Shown here piece by piece: positions 1 to 9,150 of a DNA stretch of 64,000 nucleotides. Below the pieces are notes generated by a model. It was given only the letters and a program-made list of their open reading frames with translations. It searched no databases and was not told where the DNA came from. The position numbers were made by a program, and so were the translations under genes. How positions within the stretch are numbered: the stretch's first letter is position 1; each line of letters begins with the position of its first letter. The stretch is from Candidatus Marinacidobacterales bacterium (GTDB lineage: Bacteria; Acidobacteriota; Vicinamibacteria; Marinacidobacterales; DATDRI01): positions 4,256,001-4,320,000 of the forward strand of contig CBDCNP010000002.1 in NCBI GenBank assembly GCA_965219415.1, in the 5' to 3' direction.

Positions 1-30
1 CACCGAGGGGCTACCGTCGCCGGCGACAAT

Positions 31-1101
31 CTACGCGGCACGGTAGTAGTAGTTGAGAATGCCCCCAAGTCGCTCTCGCGACACGATGGGGCCAGCGTCA
101 TTCGCACTTGCCGGCAGAGGTGTGATGAGCTCGTTGCCGAGACCTTGGTGGTTCCGTTCTGTGTGATAGTGCACTACGTATTCGGTTACTGCTGTCCGTA
201 GGTGTCGCTCACTGAGAGGTACGAAGCGGTCCAGACATTCTCGACGTATGGAGAGAACGAATCTTTCCGCGTAGGCGTTCAGATTCGGACTATTAGCGGG
301 AAGGCGGAGGGGCTTCACGCCTGAATCTCTCAACAGCCCACGTATCGCCTCGGTGAATAGCGGGTCCCGGTCGTGGATGAGGTATCGCTTGCCAAGGAGG
401 AAACCATCCCACATGTCAGTGAGGTTCCTTGCCACCTGCTTCATCCACTCCCCGTTTGGGTCCGAGGTTATCCCACCGATGCATACGCAGCGAGTGGCGA
501 TATCGATGACAAACAGGACATGGTAGCGGACGAGCCCGAACGGGTTCACAACCTCGACCGTGAACAGGTCTGTCGCGGCGATAGCGCCCCAATGAGCCTT
601 GAGGAAGGTGCTCCACGACATGCTCTTGCCCCGCTCCGGGGCAGGTGCGATACCGTGCTCGGCGAGAACCCTCTTGATGGTGTTGCGTCCGAGTTCATGT
701 CCGAGGTTCTTGAGTGCGCCCCGCAGGCGCGTATAGCCCCACGTCGGGTTCTCCCGCGCAACACGTACAATGAGCTCACGGATGTCCTTCGCCGTCGGAG
801 GTCGGCCTGGACTCCGGTTCTTGCTGCCATCGTACTTGGCTGCGATGAGGCAGCGGTACCAGCGCAGCAGCGTAGCGGGTGTGGCAACCGATGCAATCTG
901 GGCCAGCACCTCGCGGCCCAAGGCCTGGGCCTTGACGGCAAGCCTGCGCCGGTCTTCGTCAGAGAGCCTGAGACGCTTGCCCCGAAGCCCGGCTCGGAGC
1001 ACACGGTTCTCCTCTCGCAGGTAATCAATCACATCCTGCTGCTGGCGGTTGACCCAGCCAGCCACAACGAGCAGTAAGAACCGCACGTGGTAGGTCATCA
1101 T
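31..1101 (-). CDS. rve-domain (integrase core) DDE transposase, IS481/IS3-superfamily-like, intact, 356 aa
   Basis: N-terminal HTH region ([12 protein letters not shown]); DDE-type motifs ATDLFTV / IHDRD / NAYAERF; C-terminal [11 protein letters not shown]. Confidence 0.9.
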   Translation of the reverse strand: MMTYHVRFLLLVVAGWVNRQQQDVIDYLREENRVLRAGLRGKRLRLSDEDRRRLAVKAQALGREVLAQIASVATPATLLRWYRCLIAAKYDGSKNRSPGRPPTAKDIRELIVRVARENPTWGYTRLRGALKNLGHELGRNTIKRVLAEHGIAPAPERGKSMSWSTFLKAHWGAIAATDLFTVEVVNPFGLVRYHVLFVIDIATRCVCIGGITSDPNGEWMKQVARNLTDMWDGFLLGKRYLIHDRDPLFTEAIRGLLRDSGVKPLRLPANSPNLNAYAERFVLSIRRECLDRFVPLSERHLRTAVTEYVVHYHTERNHQGLGNELITPLPASANDAGPIVSRERLGGILNYYYRAA

Positions 1102-1230
1102 GGAGCTGAAGATAACACCCTCGGTCCAGACGATTGTAGAGCCTACAGCCCTTGGCCCGGTCGCAAAACACAGACGCTAAGCTGTTGATTTATGGCCTAT
1201 TTCAAAAGGGCCGAGTTTTGGCACAGGACG
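1102..1230 (-). mobile_element. Left end ('A-end') of the 356-aa transposase element
   Basis: Terminus CGTCCTGTGCCAAAACTCGGCCCTTTTGAAATAG directly upstream of the ORF; the motif recurs about 20 times and forms the TIR pair of element 43163-44485. Confidence 0.85.
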
Positions 1231-1333
1231 GGATGCTCATGACGACATGGTGACCTGACGACCAACGACCGGGGCGCAGGCGCGGGCCGCCCGTGTCTGC
1301 GCTCATCAGTGCACAGGTGTCTCTTAGGTAGCG

Positions 1334-1922
1334 CTACTCGCGGTCGGGGCACTCGGACTCGGGCTCACGGTGCACCCACTCAGTACCGTTGGCGGTTAGG
1401 ACGATGACGTCGACTGGTCCACCGACCTTGGTGGGCACGCGCTCCGCTTGGCGATCAATGATCGCTACAAGCACCGCGACTATGTCCTGCCTAGACGGCC
1501 TCTCTAGGTCCCCCACACCATCGGGAATACTGACACTGGAGAGGTGGTCAACGATATCGGGCTGTCCCCTGAATATTACCTCACCCTCGGGCAGATCCTC
1601 CCGCGCCGCGATCTCCACGTCCCCACCTGAACTCCTGAACTCTCCAGTGTAAGCAACCGGTCGACCTTCCAACATGAAGCCAAGGATGTACGTGAAGAAG
1701 GCGGGGCCGGTCTCCGGCCTTCCGTTGTGGGCCTCGTTGAAGGCCACTTCCGTTCTGTGATCAAACATCCTGACCCGGTCCCAAAGAGGTACGCCCTCTT
1801 GACGTAGATCCACAGTGATTGCGTCGAGTGAGAATGGCCCCGCGGCGTGACTGACGCCGGCAGCCGCGAACACGATATCCCCGAATTCGCGGACTTTGCA
1901 CGCCGTGACCTGTTCTCGCTGG
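1334..1922 (-). pseudogene. Ntn-hydrolase/proteasome-subunit-like hypothetical protein, 5'-truncated
   Basis: Frame extends upstream of 1873 as CKVREFGDIVFAAAG; C-terminal VGGPVDV; cut by the A-end remnant at about 1923. Confidence 0.45.
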
Positions 1923-2009
1923 CCACGGCCCTTGGTCCGGTCGCAAACACAGACACTAAGCTGCTGATTTATGGTCTATTTCAAAAGGGCCGAGTTTTGG
2001 CACAGGACG
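1923..2009 (-). repeat. Isolated A-end copy
   Basis: Near-identical direct repeat of 1145-1230. Confidence 0.9.
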
Positions 2010-2065
2010 GGGAACGTTTGCTCAAAAACCGTTGCTTAAGGAGAAGATTAGGGACCTTTTCATCT

Positions 2066-3805
2066 TCAGGGCTCAATCTTCCGGTATTCCACCAACGCTG
2101 ACTTGCCGACGATGTCAAGAATGCGCACCGACAACTCGAACCCGTAGGCGTCCGTGAGTCTCATCGGCTTTCCCAGTCGAAAATCTACCGGCTGCTGCCG
2201 CCCCTGATCGATGGCGATGTTGTCCGCGTACAGATACGTCCTGTCATGGGTGTCTCGTATGGGATTCAGGCGACCGCGAAGCCCCGGCAAGTGCCCAGTA
2301 CGTTCAAAAAAAATAGCCGAGCCGCCGTCCGGGAGCGGATTGAGCTCTAATAGAAGACCGCCTTGCCGCGGAATCCACTCCCGCTCGAGCTGTGAGGCAT
2401 ACCCGGCCGCAGCAGCATACACGGTTATCGGAAGATGGGTGCTGTGTAGACCGAAGGCTGCTTCGCCAGCTTCGTCGGTCGTTCCCAGCCTCCAAGTCTT
2501 GTTCGGATGTAGCACCAAAACATCCACTCCTGGCAACGGGTCTCCTTCCGCATGCACCGTGATAATGGCATCCGCCGGTGTAAGTTCCAGTTTGGCGGCG
2601 GGTATGTTCCGGACCACCAAGATGAAGCGTTCCCCCTCCTCAATCAGCTCAGGCTCCGTACCGTTGTGTTTCTGCATCCCTGCGATGATCTTTCGCGGAA
2701 TGCCCATTCCCATGTGCTCAAGATAGCGGTAGTCGCGCATGACCTCTTTAAGGAGGTGGTTCCGGTACGCCCGCGTTCCGGCGCGCATCCGCTCCGGCGT
2801 AATCCCGTTCGGTAGCCTGCCCGGCGATATGATTGCTAACCGGTCGCTATAGAGGCTCAGCTCAACACCTGTGCTAGTCAGCAGGTAGTCTCGATGAATC
2901 AGCGCGTTGACGATGCCTTCGCGAAGAGCCTCGGGGGGATAGGCAGGCTTTTCCACTCGTCTCCCGCCTTCAAGGTCAGCGGTTCCCGGTGCGTTGCGAC
3001 GTACGAACTCTAGCGTCTGCTCAACCAAGCCGTTTTCAACGATCTCGCCGTTTGCATCGAGCAAGGGTGTAATCGGCCCGCGTAAAGCTTTGTGTTCGCG
3101 TGCAGCGTAGTCCTTTTCCGTCCCAAGAAAGGCCATGGCGTCAATCCCAGCATGAGGGAGAAAGCGGTTCGGTGTCTTCCCGAACAACAGCATTCCCCCA
3201 ACGCTGACACCCTCCTCGGTCATGATCTCCGTGTTGACTAGAAGGGTTCTCCAGCCCGCTTCATCATCATCATCAGGCACTTCCTGTTCCCGAACGCGAC
3301 CGAAGTAGTCCTGAAGCCGCCGCCGGTCCAAGTCGGTCATTACAGCTCCCGAAACCGGCTGCAGCTCTGCACGGATTGCCCCGCGCTGCTGAAACAATCG
3401 CCGTAGCTCCTCTTGAGCCGCTTCCCTGCTTTGGGTGCCAACTCGGATGTAGTACTTATTGCCGTTCTGATGCCAGAGGCTGTGAACGTCGAAGCCTCGC
3501 GTCACGCGGACAATCGCCACGTCCTTGCCGGGTTCAACGCCTCGGACAACCTCATAGAACGGGATGATTGCCGGCCTGATCTTGTCACGGCATGTCGTCA
3601 TTACCCATTCTTCGAGATTGCCTCTGGTGATTCCCGATATGCTACCGTCATCTTCAATGCCTAGAAGAATCATCCCGCCTGCAAGGTTCGAGAAGGCGAC
3701 CAGCTCCTTCGCCAGATCGTGGTTTTGTACGGTGTCGCGCTTGAACTCAACACCGGAGTTTTCTCCGTTGTTGACGATTTCCAGCAATTCGGTGTGTGTT
3801 GTCAT
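2066..3805 (-). CDS. Schlafen/AlbA_2 + HATPase_c_4 domain protein with an extra C-terminal domain
   Basis: GENSGVEFK..LAKELVAFSNLAGG.ILLGIEDDG; ALREGIVNALIHRDY..SPGRLP..RN; about 175-aa beta-rich tail. Confidence 0.85.
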   Translation of the reverse strand: MTTHTELLEIVNNGENSGVEFKRDTVQNHDLAKELVAFSNLAGGMILLGIEDDGSISGITRGNLEEWVMTTCRDKIRPAIIPFYEVVRGVEPGKDVAIVRVTRGFDVHSLWHQNGNKYYIRVGTQSREAAQEELRRLFQQRGAIRAELQPVSGAVMTDLDRRRLQDYFGRVREQEVPDDDDEAGWRTLLVNTEIMTEEGVSVGGMLLFGKTPNRFLPHAGIDAMAFLGTEKDYAAREHKALRGPITPLLDANGEIVENGLVEQTLEFVRRNAPGTADLEGGRRVEKPAYPPEALREGIVNALIHRDYLLTSTGVELSLYSDRLAIISPGRLPNGITPERMRAGTRAYRNHLLKEVMRDYRYLEHMGMGIPRKIIAGMQKHNGTEPELIEEGERFILVVRNIPAAKLELTPADAIITVHAEGDPLPGVDVLVLHPNKTWRLGTTDEAGEAAFGLHSTHLPITVYAAAAGYASQLEREWIPRQGGLLLELNPLPDGGSAIFFERTGHLPGLRGRLNPIRDTHDRTYLYADNIAIDQGRQQPVDFRLGKPMRLTDAYGFELSVRILDIVGKSALVEYRKIEP

Positions 3806-3808
3806 GCC

Positions 3809-6487
3809 TCAGAATCCATACTTTGAACGCCGCATCTCGAAGGCATCCTTGCCGCCTTCGAGGATCTCCTCCACCAGCTCACACACCGGCTTCGAATCAA
3901 TAGACCCCATGTGTTCGGTCGCTATTCTGGCTCGCCCTTCTCCAGCTTCTCCCGACGCGGCTAGGCCCAGAATCAACTCCGCATCTCCGAGGACCGGGAT
4001 GTTCGCGTTATGGGTCGAGAAGACGAATTGTCGGCGCCGTTTTTCCTGCCGCATAATCGGCACCACGCCCTCGGTGATAAAGCGGTTGTCGAGATCGTCT
4101 TCCGGCTGATCGACAACAAGAGGGGCTTCAGATTCCAACAGCAACAACAGTAGCACTGCCGTCGCCTTCTGCCCCGTCGACAGGGCTTCCAGCGTCTGCC
4201 ATGTGGGCGGTTCCTCGTCCGCGGCCGTGTTCAGTTCGATCTTGGTCGTTGCAGGAAGGTCCAGTTCCTCAATTCTCATGAACAGCTCCGGGTCTGCTTG
4301 CGAAATTCTTTCGGCAGATCCGGACGGGAACGAGTAGTTTTTCATCAGCGCCTCTTTGCCTCCACGGCAGCGCTGCGCCAAGTCTGGCAGCGAGAGTTGT
4401 TCGACAGACCAGAGCCGCTCCAGAGCGGCGCTCAGATTGCCACCCACCTTACGCAATAGCCGTTCCAGTGGCTCACGATTCCCCGCCATTGTGACTTCAA
4501 CCCGCACGCGGTTACGGAGCTTGCGGGAAACCTTCTTAGCTGCGCTTTGAAATTCGCGGTACTCGCTCGCTTTCGTGTCCTCCCATTCATACAGCAACTT
4601 GCGGCGGTGCGCCTCGTGACTCACCAAGTCGCGTCCCAAGTTCTCTTTTTTCTCCTTTAGCTGCCGTAGCTCTTCAATCTGCTTCCTTAGGCGGATGAAC
4701 TCTGCGCCGTCGATCTTCGACTTCTGTAGCTCACGCAAAAGCTTTTCGTATGTTTTCTCGACGGTCTTGCGTTTCTCCTCCCAGCGGGCTTCAGCCCCTG
4801 CAACGGCACCGTCCGCTTCCGCCAGTGCCTTCTCAAGTTGGTCGGCGATCGTCTTCAGTTTCGTGCTCAGCGTCCCCAAAAACACCGCAATCTCGGCGAG
4901 AAGTTCCGCATTCGGTAGCCCTTCCAGGGCTCTCGGAGCGACAAAAGCTGCATCCACTGGAAGTATCGCGCTCAGTTCACTGTACAACGCGCGCACTGGA
5001 TCAAGACGTTCCCTGACATTGGCGAATACGCGCTCTTCTCGGATAAGGAGGCTCTTTTCCTTCAGGCGTTCTTCTAGACCGGCTTCCTGGAACCGCTTCT
5101 GCGTCTCCTCTAGGTTCGGCAGCGTCGCAAGCCGCTCATCGAACGCTTTCATCTCACGCCGGACATTGATGATGCGGCTACGCGAGCGTTCCAGTTCTAG
5201 CCGGAGCGTCGATTTCCGTCCCGAAAGGGTTGCATCTCGCTCAACGAACCGTTCCAGCAGCACAGTCAGCTTCTCCCGGCTCTTTGTCAGTTCGGAAATC
5301 TCGTGTTGCCCAAACACCTCCACATCCGGCATCACGTCTTTCGGCGAGAGCGTCAACACTTCTCCGGCTTCGTCTTTCACAATCGGGGGATTCGGGACTG
5401 ACCGTTCGATTGTGTAGCGCCGCACGGATGGTTTGTGTGACCGCACCAGCAAGGAGATTTTCGTCCCGGAGCGCAGAACGTGCCGGATAACCCCCTCATG
5501 CGCTTTCCGCGCTTCCTCCCCAAGAGGCTCAAGCCCGAGCACATAGCGCATGCTTTCGATCACGGTCGATTTGCCGGTTCCTCTCCCACCTACCAGGACA
5601 TTCAGGTTGCCGTTGAAGTGAACCGACGTATCGTCGAGAAAACCGCCTTCCCACGTCACCGCCTGGAATTCCGCATGCGGTTCCGGTTGCGGATCGCTGT
5701 TCAGCTGGATGCGAGACTCGGGGTCGAGGAAGGCCTGCCGCAACGCCTCGACCGAGACGCTCGACATCTTGATAAAACACGAGGCACCGTCTTTCTTGAG
5801 GTCCTCAGGGCTATTCACATCCGAGGCGTTTATCACTGCTACGGGGCGCGGGCGCTTGTGTTCCGCATCCTTGTTTTTAAGAATCGGCCGTATATTGTCG
5901 GGCGCGTCTGAAATCGGACCAGCGAGAGCACAAGCCAGAAGATCGGGCGATTTCCAAGCATTCGCACGAGGCTGTCCGTTGAGTTTCCTTAATAGCCCGC
6001 CATCGGCCGCCACATGTGCGGCCACACAGATCGAGCCCCACTCCTTCGCCTGCGCCAGAAGTTCAATGGAATCGAGGCTTCCCGTCGGTGAAGCCGTTTT
6101 CGTATCGTGGACACCGCACTCACCAATGAACCGTTCCAGCATGTCGTCCTTGTCTGGATCGAACAGGCACAAAAAATGCACGCCGTCCTTGGTCACGGCT
6201 TCGAAGCCGCTGAATGCAAACAAGTTCGCGGCTCGGGCAGTCTTCACCAACCCCCTGGATTCGTCAGCCCGGTAGTGGTCCGTGACCCCGATAACCTCGA
6301 TTCCTACCTCGTGGCAAGCATCAACGATGGCCGCGTTGTATTCATCCTCGTTCTTGAACGACGTCGGCTTGTTGTGCCGCCCCAAGTAGGCGAATGGGTT
6401 GACCTGCAAGGCGCAGCTGTAGAACCGTGCACCGCTGGGCAGCTCCAGAGCGGTATTCAGTCGCTCCGATACTGTCTTTATTGCCAT
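3809..6487 (-). CDS. PHP phosphoesterase + ABC/SMC-like ATPase (TrlF-family / Ppl-like defence protein)
   Basis: PHP motifs VTDHY, AAHV, ASD; Walker A GGRGTGKS; coiled coil; LSTGQ signature; VVDQPEDDLD; STHNAN. Confidence 0.85.
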   Translation of the reverse strand: MAIKTVSERLNTALELPSGARFYSCALQVNPFAYLGRHNKPTSFKNEDEYNAAIVDACHEVGIEVIGVTDHYRADESRGLVKTARAANLFAFSGFEAVTKDGVHFLCLFDPDKDDMLERFIGECGVHDTKTASPTGSLDSIELLAQAKEWGSICVAAHVAADGGLLRKLNGQPRANAWKSPDLLACALAGPISDAPDNIRPILKNKDAEHKRPRPVAVINASDVNSPEDLKKDGASCFIKMSSVSVEALRQAFLDPESRIQLNSDPQPEPHAEFQAVTWEGGFLDDTSVHFNGNLNVLVGGRGTGKSTVIESMRYVLGLEPLGEEARKAHEGVIRHVLRSGTKISLLVRSHKPSVRRYTIERSVPNPPIVKDEAGEVLTLSPKDVMPDVEVFGQHEISELTKSREKLTVLLERFVERDATLSGRKSTLRLELERSRSRIINVRREMKAFDERLATLPNLEETQKRFQEAGLEERLKEKSLLIREERVFANVRERLDPVRALYSELSAILPVDAAFVAPRALEGLPNAELLAEIAVFLGTLSTKLKTIADQLEKALAEADGAVAGAEARWEEKRKTVEKTYEKLLRELQKSKIDGAEFIRLRKQIEELRQLKEKKENLGRDLVSHEAHRRKLLYEWEDTKASEYREFQSAAKKVSRKLRNRVRVEVTMAGNREPLERLLRKVGGNLSAALERLWSVEQLSLPDLAQRCRGGKEALMKNYSFPSGSAERISQADPELFMRIEELDLPATTKIELNTAADEEPPTWQTLEALSTGQKATAVLLLLLLESEAPLVVDQPEDDLDNRFITEGVVPIMRQEKRRRQFVFSTHNANIPVLGDAELILGLAASGEAGEGRARIATEHMGSIDSKPVCELVEEILEGGKDAFEMRRSKYGF

Positions 6488-6779
6488 TGACCTGTCTCCA
6501 TCAACGCTCTTATTCCGAGCCCGCGCTCTTCAGGCCAAGGCTCTGCGCATTCTCCGAACCCCTTCTTCATCGTGTCTTTGGCCCCCACAGGGAATTCCTC
6601 CGAAATCTCGACAGTCTCTTTCACCGAGGCTTTCGGGTCGGAAATGAATCGGAAATGAATATGACACAATCCTACAGAAAGGGTTGAAAATCATCCCTCT
6701 TGCCTTAATGCGGCGTTTGCCGTCATCAACAACAGGTCTCGTACTTCCGCTTCGAACCGTAACGGCATATTCGAACCGA

Positions 6780-6870
6780 TCGACTCTTTCGCCAACGTCT
6801 CGACATAGTACATCAGGTCTTCGCGATCCAGAGCCACGGCGGGAACCTCTAAGAATGCGTACCGAGGTTC
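6780..6870 (-). pseudogene. Fragment homologous to ORF 30737-31141
   Basis: EVPAVALDREDLMYYVETLAKE versus EVPAATLDREELQLYVETLAKE. Confidence 0.6.
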
Positions 6871-7016
6871 GTCCGGGCTCAAGCTCGAAGCTCGTCCCGG
6901 TGCGGTCGTATTGACCGAAGACACCCCCGACCCAGCGCCACGGCCCCTTTGCCGGTCGAGACTAGGCGCGTCATCCAATTTAGGCACTTTTCCCACACCT
7001 ACTCCAGCTTACACCC

Positions 7017-7164
7017 CGTCCTGTGCCAAAACTCGGCCCTTTTGAAATAGACCACAAATCAGCAGCTTAGACGCCCTTGGAATCCGCGCAGAATCCAGGG
7101 TATTGCGCGCCGCAGGGCTGACTTCCGACCCATGGGCTCAGCGGATGAATAAATAGAAGGTACA
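7017..7164 (+). mobile_element. About 147-bp A/B hybrid mini-element (MITE), copy 1
   Basis: CGTCCTGTGCC...GGATGAATAAATAGAAGGTACA; near-identical copies at 14769, 59702 and 62471. Confidence 0.85.
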
Positions 7165-7269
7165 ACCTGTCCCTTCCATAAACTCGAGCTGTATGAGATT
7201 GGCGAACTTCCTGCAACCGGAATGCTTTGGTCGTCTTCATGTAGGACGTTTTAAGAGCCGGCGTCGGCT

Positions 7270-7400
7270 CTACCGACCTTTGGAATGGCACTGACTTTGC
7301 CCATCGCCGGTGACTCTACCCGGCGAGGCTCGAGCGCGTCCTTCTCAAGCGACAAATGAGTCCGGCACGAATGATAGTAGTCGACGTATTTACGGCGGAT
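7270..7400 (-). pseudogene. rve transposase C-terminal fragment
   Basis: YVDYYHSCRTHLSLEKD..IPKVG, similar to the C-terminus of 54638-55687. Confidence 0.75.
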
Positions 7401-7640
7401 GCCTGTCCTGAAGATATCCTGTTCGGGAACGTGAATGATTTTCGCTGTAAGGCACTTGAGATAGAACTCGATAGCCATTCCGGTGGCGTTCATCAAGGGC
7501 AAGACGACACCCGTGCCAGAGGATTGACCGCTTAGGATCAGTCGGACATGCTCGTACCGATCTGCCGCGTCCTTTACTTGGGGATTGGAGATTTCCCGAC
7601 GACTTTTCCAATCTTGGGGGTATAGTTCGTCCGTGTCCCC
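7401..7640 (-). pseudogene. HEPN-like protein fragment
   Basis: NATGMAIEFYLKCL resembles the HEPN helix motif; bounded by unrelated DNA. Confidence 0.4.
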
Positions 7641-7921
7641 CTGCTGTGCATCAACGCGCGCCTGACGGCCTCGGGTTCCTTCTGGATCACGCACAGGAGC
7701 GTCGCCGCCGGGCCGCTGACCCGGCGTGTGCCCTGCTCCCATTTCCGATAGCCGGACAGGCTCATGCCCATCAGGGGCGCCATCTGTGCCTGCGTAAGCT
7801 TCGCTTGCTTCCGAACCTCGCGTGGCACTACGGGTGCATGAACGATGGCGGGACCTCCGCCCTTTGCATGGGCCAGAGCCTCTTCGAGCGATTGAATCAA
7901 GTCCTCTCCGAACGTGCTCAT
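7574..7921 (-). CDS. XRE-family HTH antitoxin (HigA-like); 3' tail probably read-through
   Basis: LTQAQMAPLMGMSLSGYRKWEQG; ATGA overlap with the upstream toxin. Confidence 0.85.
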   Translation of the reverse strand: MSTFGEDLIQSLEEALAHAKGGGPAIVHAPVVPREVRKQAKLTQAQMAPLMGMSLSGYRKWEQGTRRVSGPAATLLCVIQKEPEAVRRALMHSRGTRTNYTPKIGKVVGKSPIPK

Positions 7922-8262
7922 TTCTTCTCCTTCTCCTTCCCGGCGGCCTTGATCGCCGCCACAAGCGCGGACACCGTTCGCCGCTCGTACGGTTTCAGGT
8001 CCGTCTTTGCCGACTTTGCATAGGCGAGAAGTGCATAGACCGGCATGTCTTCGCCACCATAGAAGTAGATCACTCGCGCACCGCCTTGCTTGCCACGGCC
8101 CAAGGCCCCGAAACGCAGCTTTCGAACACCGCCCGTTCCCGGTATCTCATCGCCCGCCATGGGATTTTCCGCGAGGAAGTCAATCAGTTCGCGTCTCTCT
8201 GTCTCGCTGAACAGCTTGTCGGCCTGACGGGAAAAGGTCGGGGTTTCGGCCACCGTCTGCAT
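7918..8262 (-). CDS. RelE/HigB-2-family toxin
   Basis: NPMAGDEIPGTGGVRKLRF..GKQGGARVIYF..YAKS. Confidence 0.9.
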   Translation of the reverse strand: MQTVAETPTFSRQADKLFSETERRELIDFLAENPMAGDEIPGTGGVRKLRFGALGRGKQGGARVIYFYGGEDMPVYALLAYAKSAKTDLKPYERRTVSALVAAIKAAGKEKEKK

Positions 8263-8331
8263 CCGACACAATATAACCCAATGGGGCATTCACGGCAATG
8301 CTTGAACAGGATGGGGTGGCGCGCCCGTGGT

Positions 8332-8668
8332 CGTCTGGTCAAAATACTCGAACGCCCAGGAAGTCAGCAGTTTGCACCTTCAAGTGACTCCGGTCCTCCG
8401 CGGAAGGTGTCCGGTGCTCCGCAGAATTCCGATTTGAAACGAGGGTGTCCCGTCCTGTGCCAAAACTCAGCCCTTTTGAAAAGACCACAAATCAGCAGCT
8501 TAGACGCCCTTGGAATCCGCGCAGAATCCTGGGTATTTCGAGCCGCAGGGCTGGCTTCCGACCCCTGGGCTGCGGGTGGCGGGCGACAGGCCCACCGGGG
8601 GTGGTGCACACGGCTGGCTCAAATCGGCTGTGGGGCGAGCTGTAGGCAGCGACCTGCGCACCCCGGAA
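8332..8668. mobile_element. E-end remnant (8332-8381) and partial A/E mini-element (8451-8668)
   Basis: CGTCTGGTCAAAATACTCGAACGCCC, plus an A-end and interior matching 30388-30696. Confidence 0.8.
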
Positions 8669-8714
8669 GTCCCCCATTGGACTGGACTTTACCGGGCAAA
8701 AGAGCGAGTGTCCG

Positions 8715-9149
8715 GTGATGCCGCAGGATACAAGAGTTGGCCGGAGGGTCGTTCTGGACGGTTTGGACCTCGCCAGCCTGCGGCGGGCCTGGGAGCAGAC
8801 CTTTGGGTCCGTTCCGCCAAGCTCGCTCTCACGCGCTCTCCTGCGCCGCGTTCTTGCGTACGAACGCCAATGTCGGACCCATGGGGGGCATTCGGCCGCA
8901 ACCCGACGCGCTCTGGCCGCCATGGCGAACGGCACACCAAAACACTCTGCTCCCGCAGGGTCCGTTTCTGCCGGCACCCATCTCGTCCGCGAGTGGAATG
9001 GCCGCACCTACCAGGTCGAGGTACTCGATAACGGCTATCGGTTCGACGGCAAAACCTACCCGTCCCTCACCGCCATCACAAAGCGAATCACCGGCACACA
9101 CTGGTCAGGACCACGCTTTTTCGGTCTGATGCCCAAGCGCAAGGCCTAA
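8715..9149 (+). CDS. DUF2924-family protein
   Basis: GTHLVREWNG..V...GYRFDGKTYPSLTAITKRITGTHWSGPRFFGL; typical partner gene of large serine recombinases. Confidence 0.85.
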   Translation: MMPQDTRVGRRVVLDGLDLASLRRAWEQTFGSVPPSSLSRALLRRVLAYERQCRTHGGHSAATRRALAAMANGTPKHSAPAGSVSAGTHLVREWNGRTYQVEVLDNGYRFDGKTYPSLTAITKRITGTHWSGPRFFGLMPKRKA

Positions 9150-9150
9150 C

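Noticed and set aside
1847-2101. Recurrent short ORFs containing LFQKGRVLAQDG, REIPWILRGFQGRLSC or CTHPFAK
   Set aside because: These are translations of the repeated DNA ends and MITEs, not a protein family
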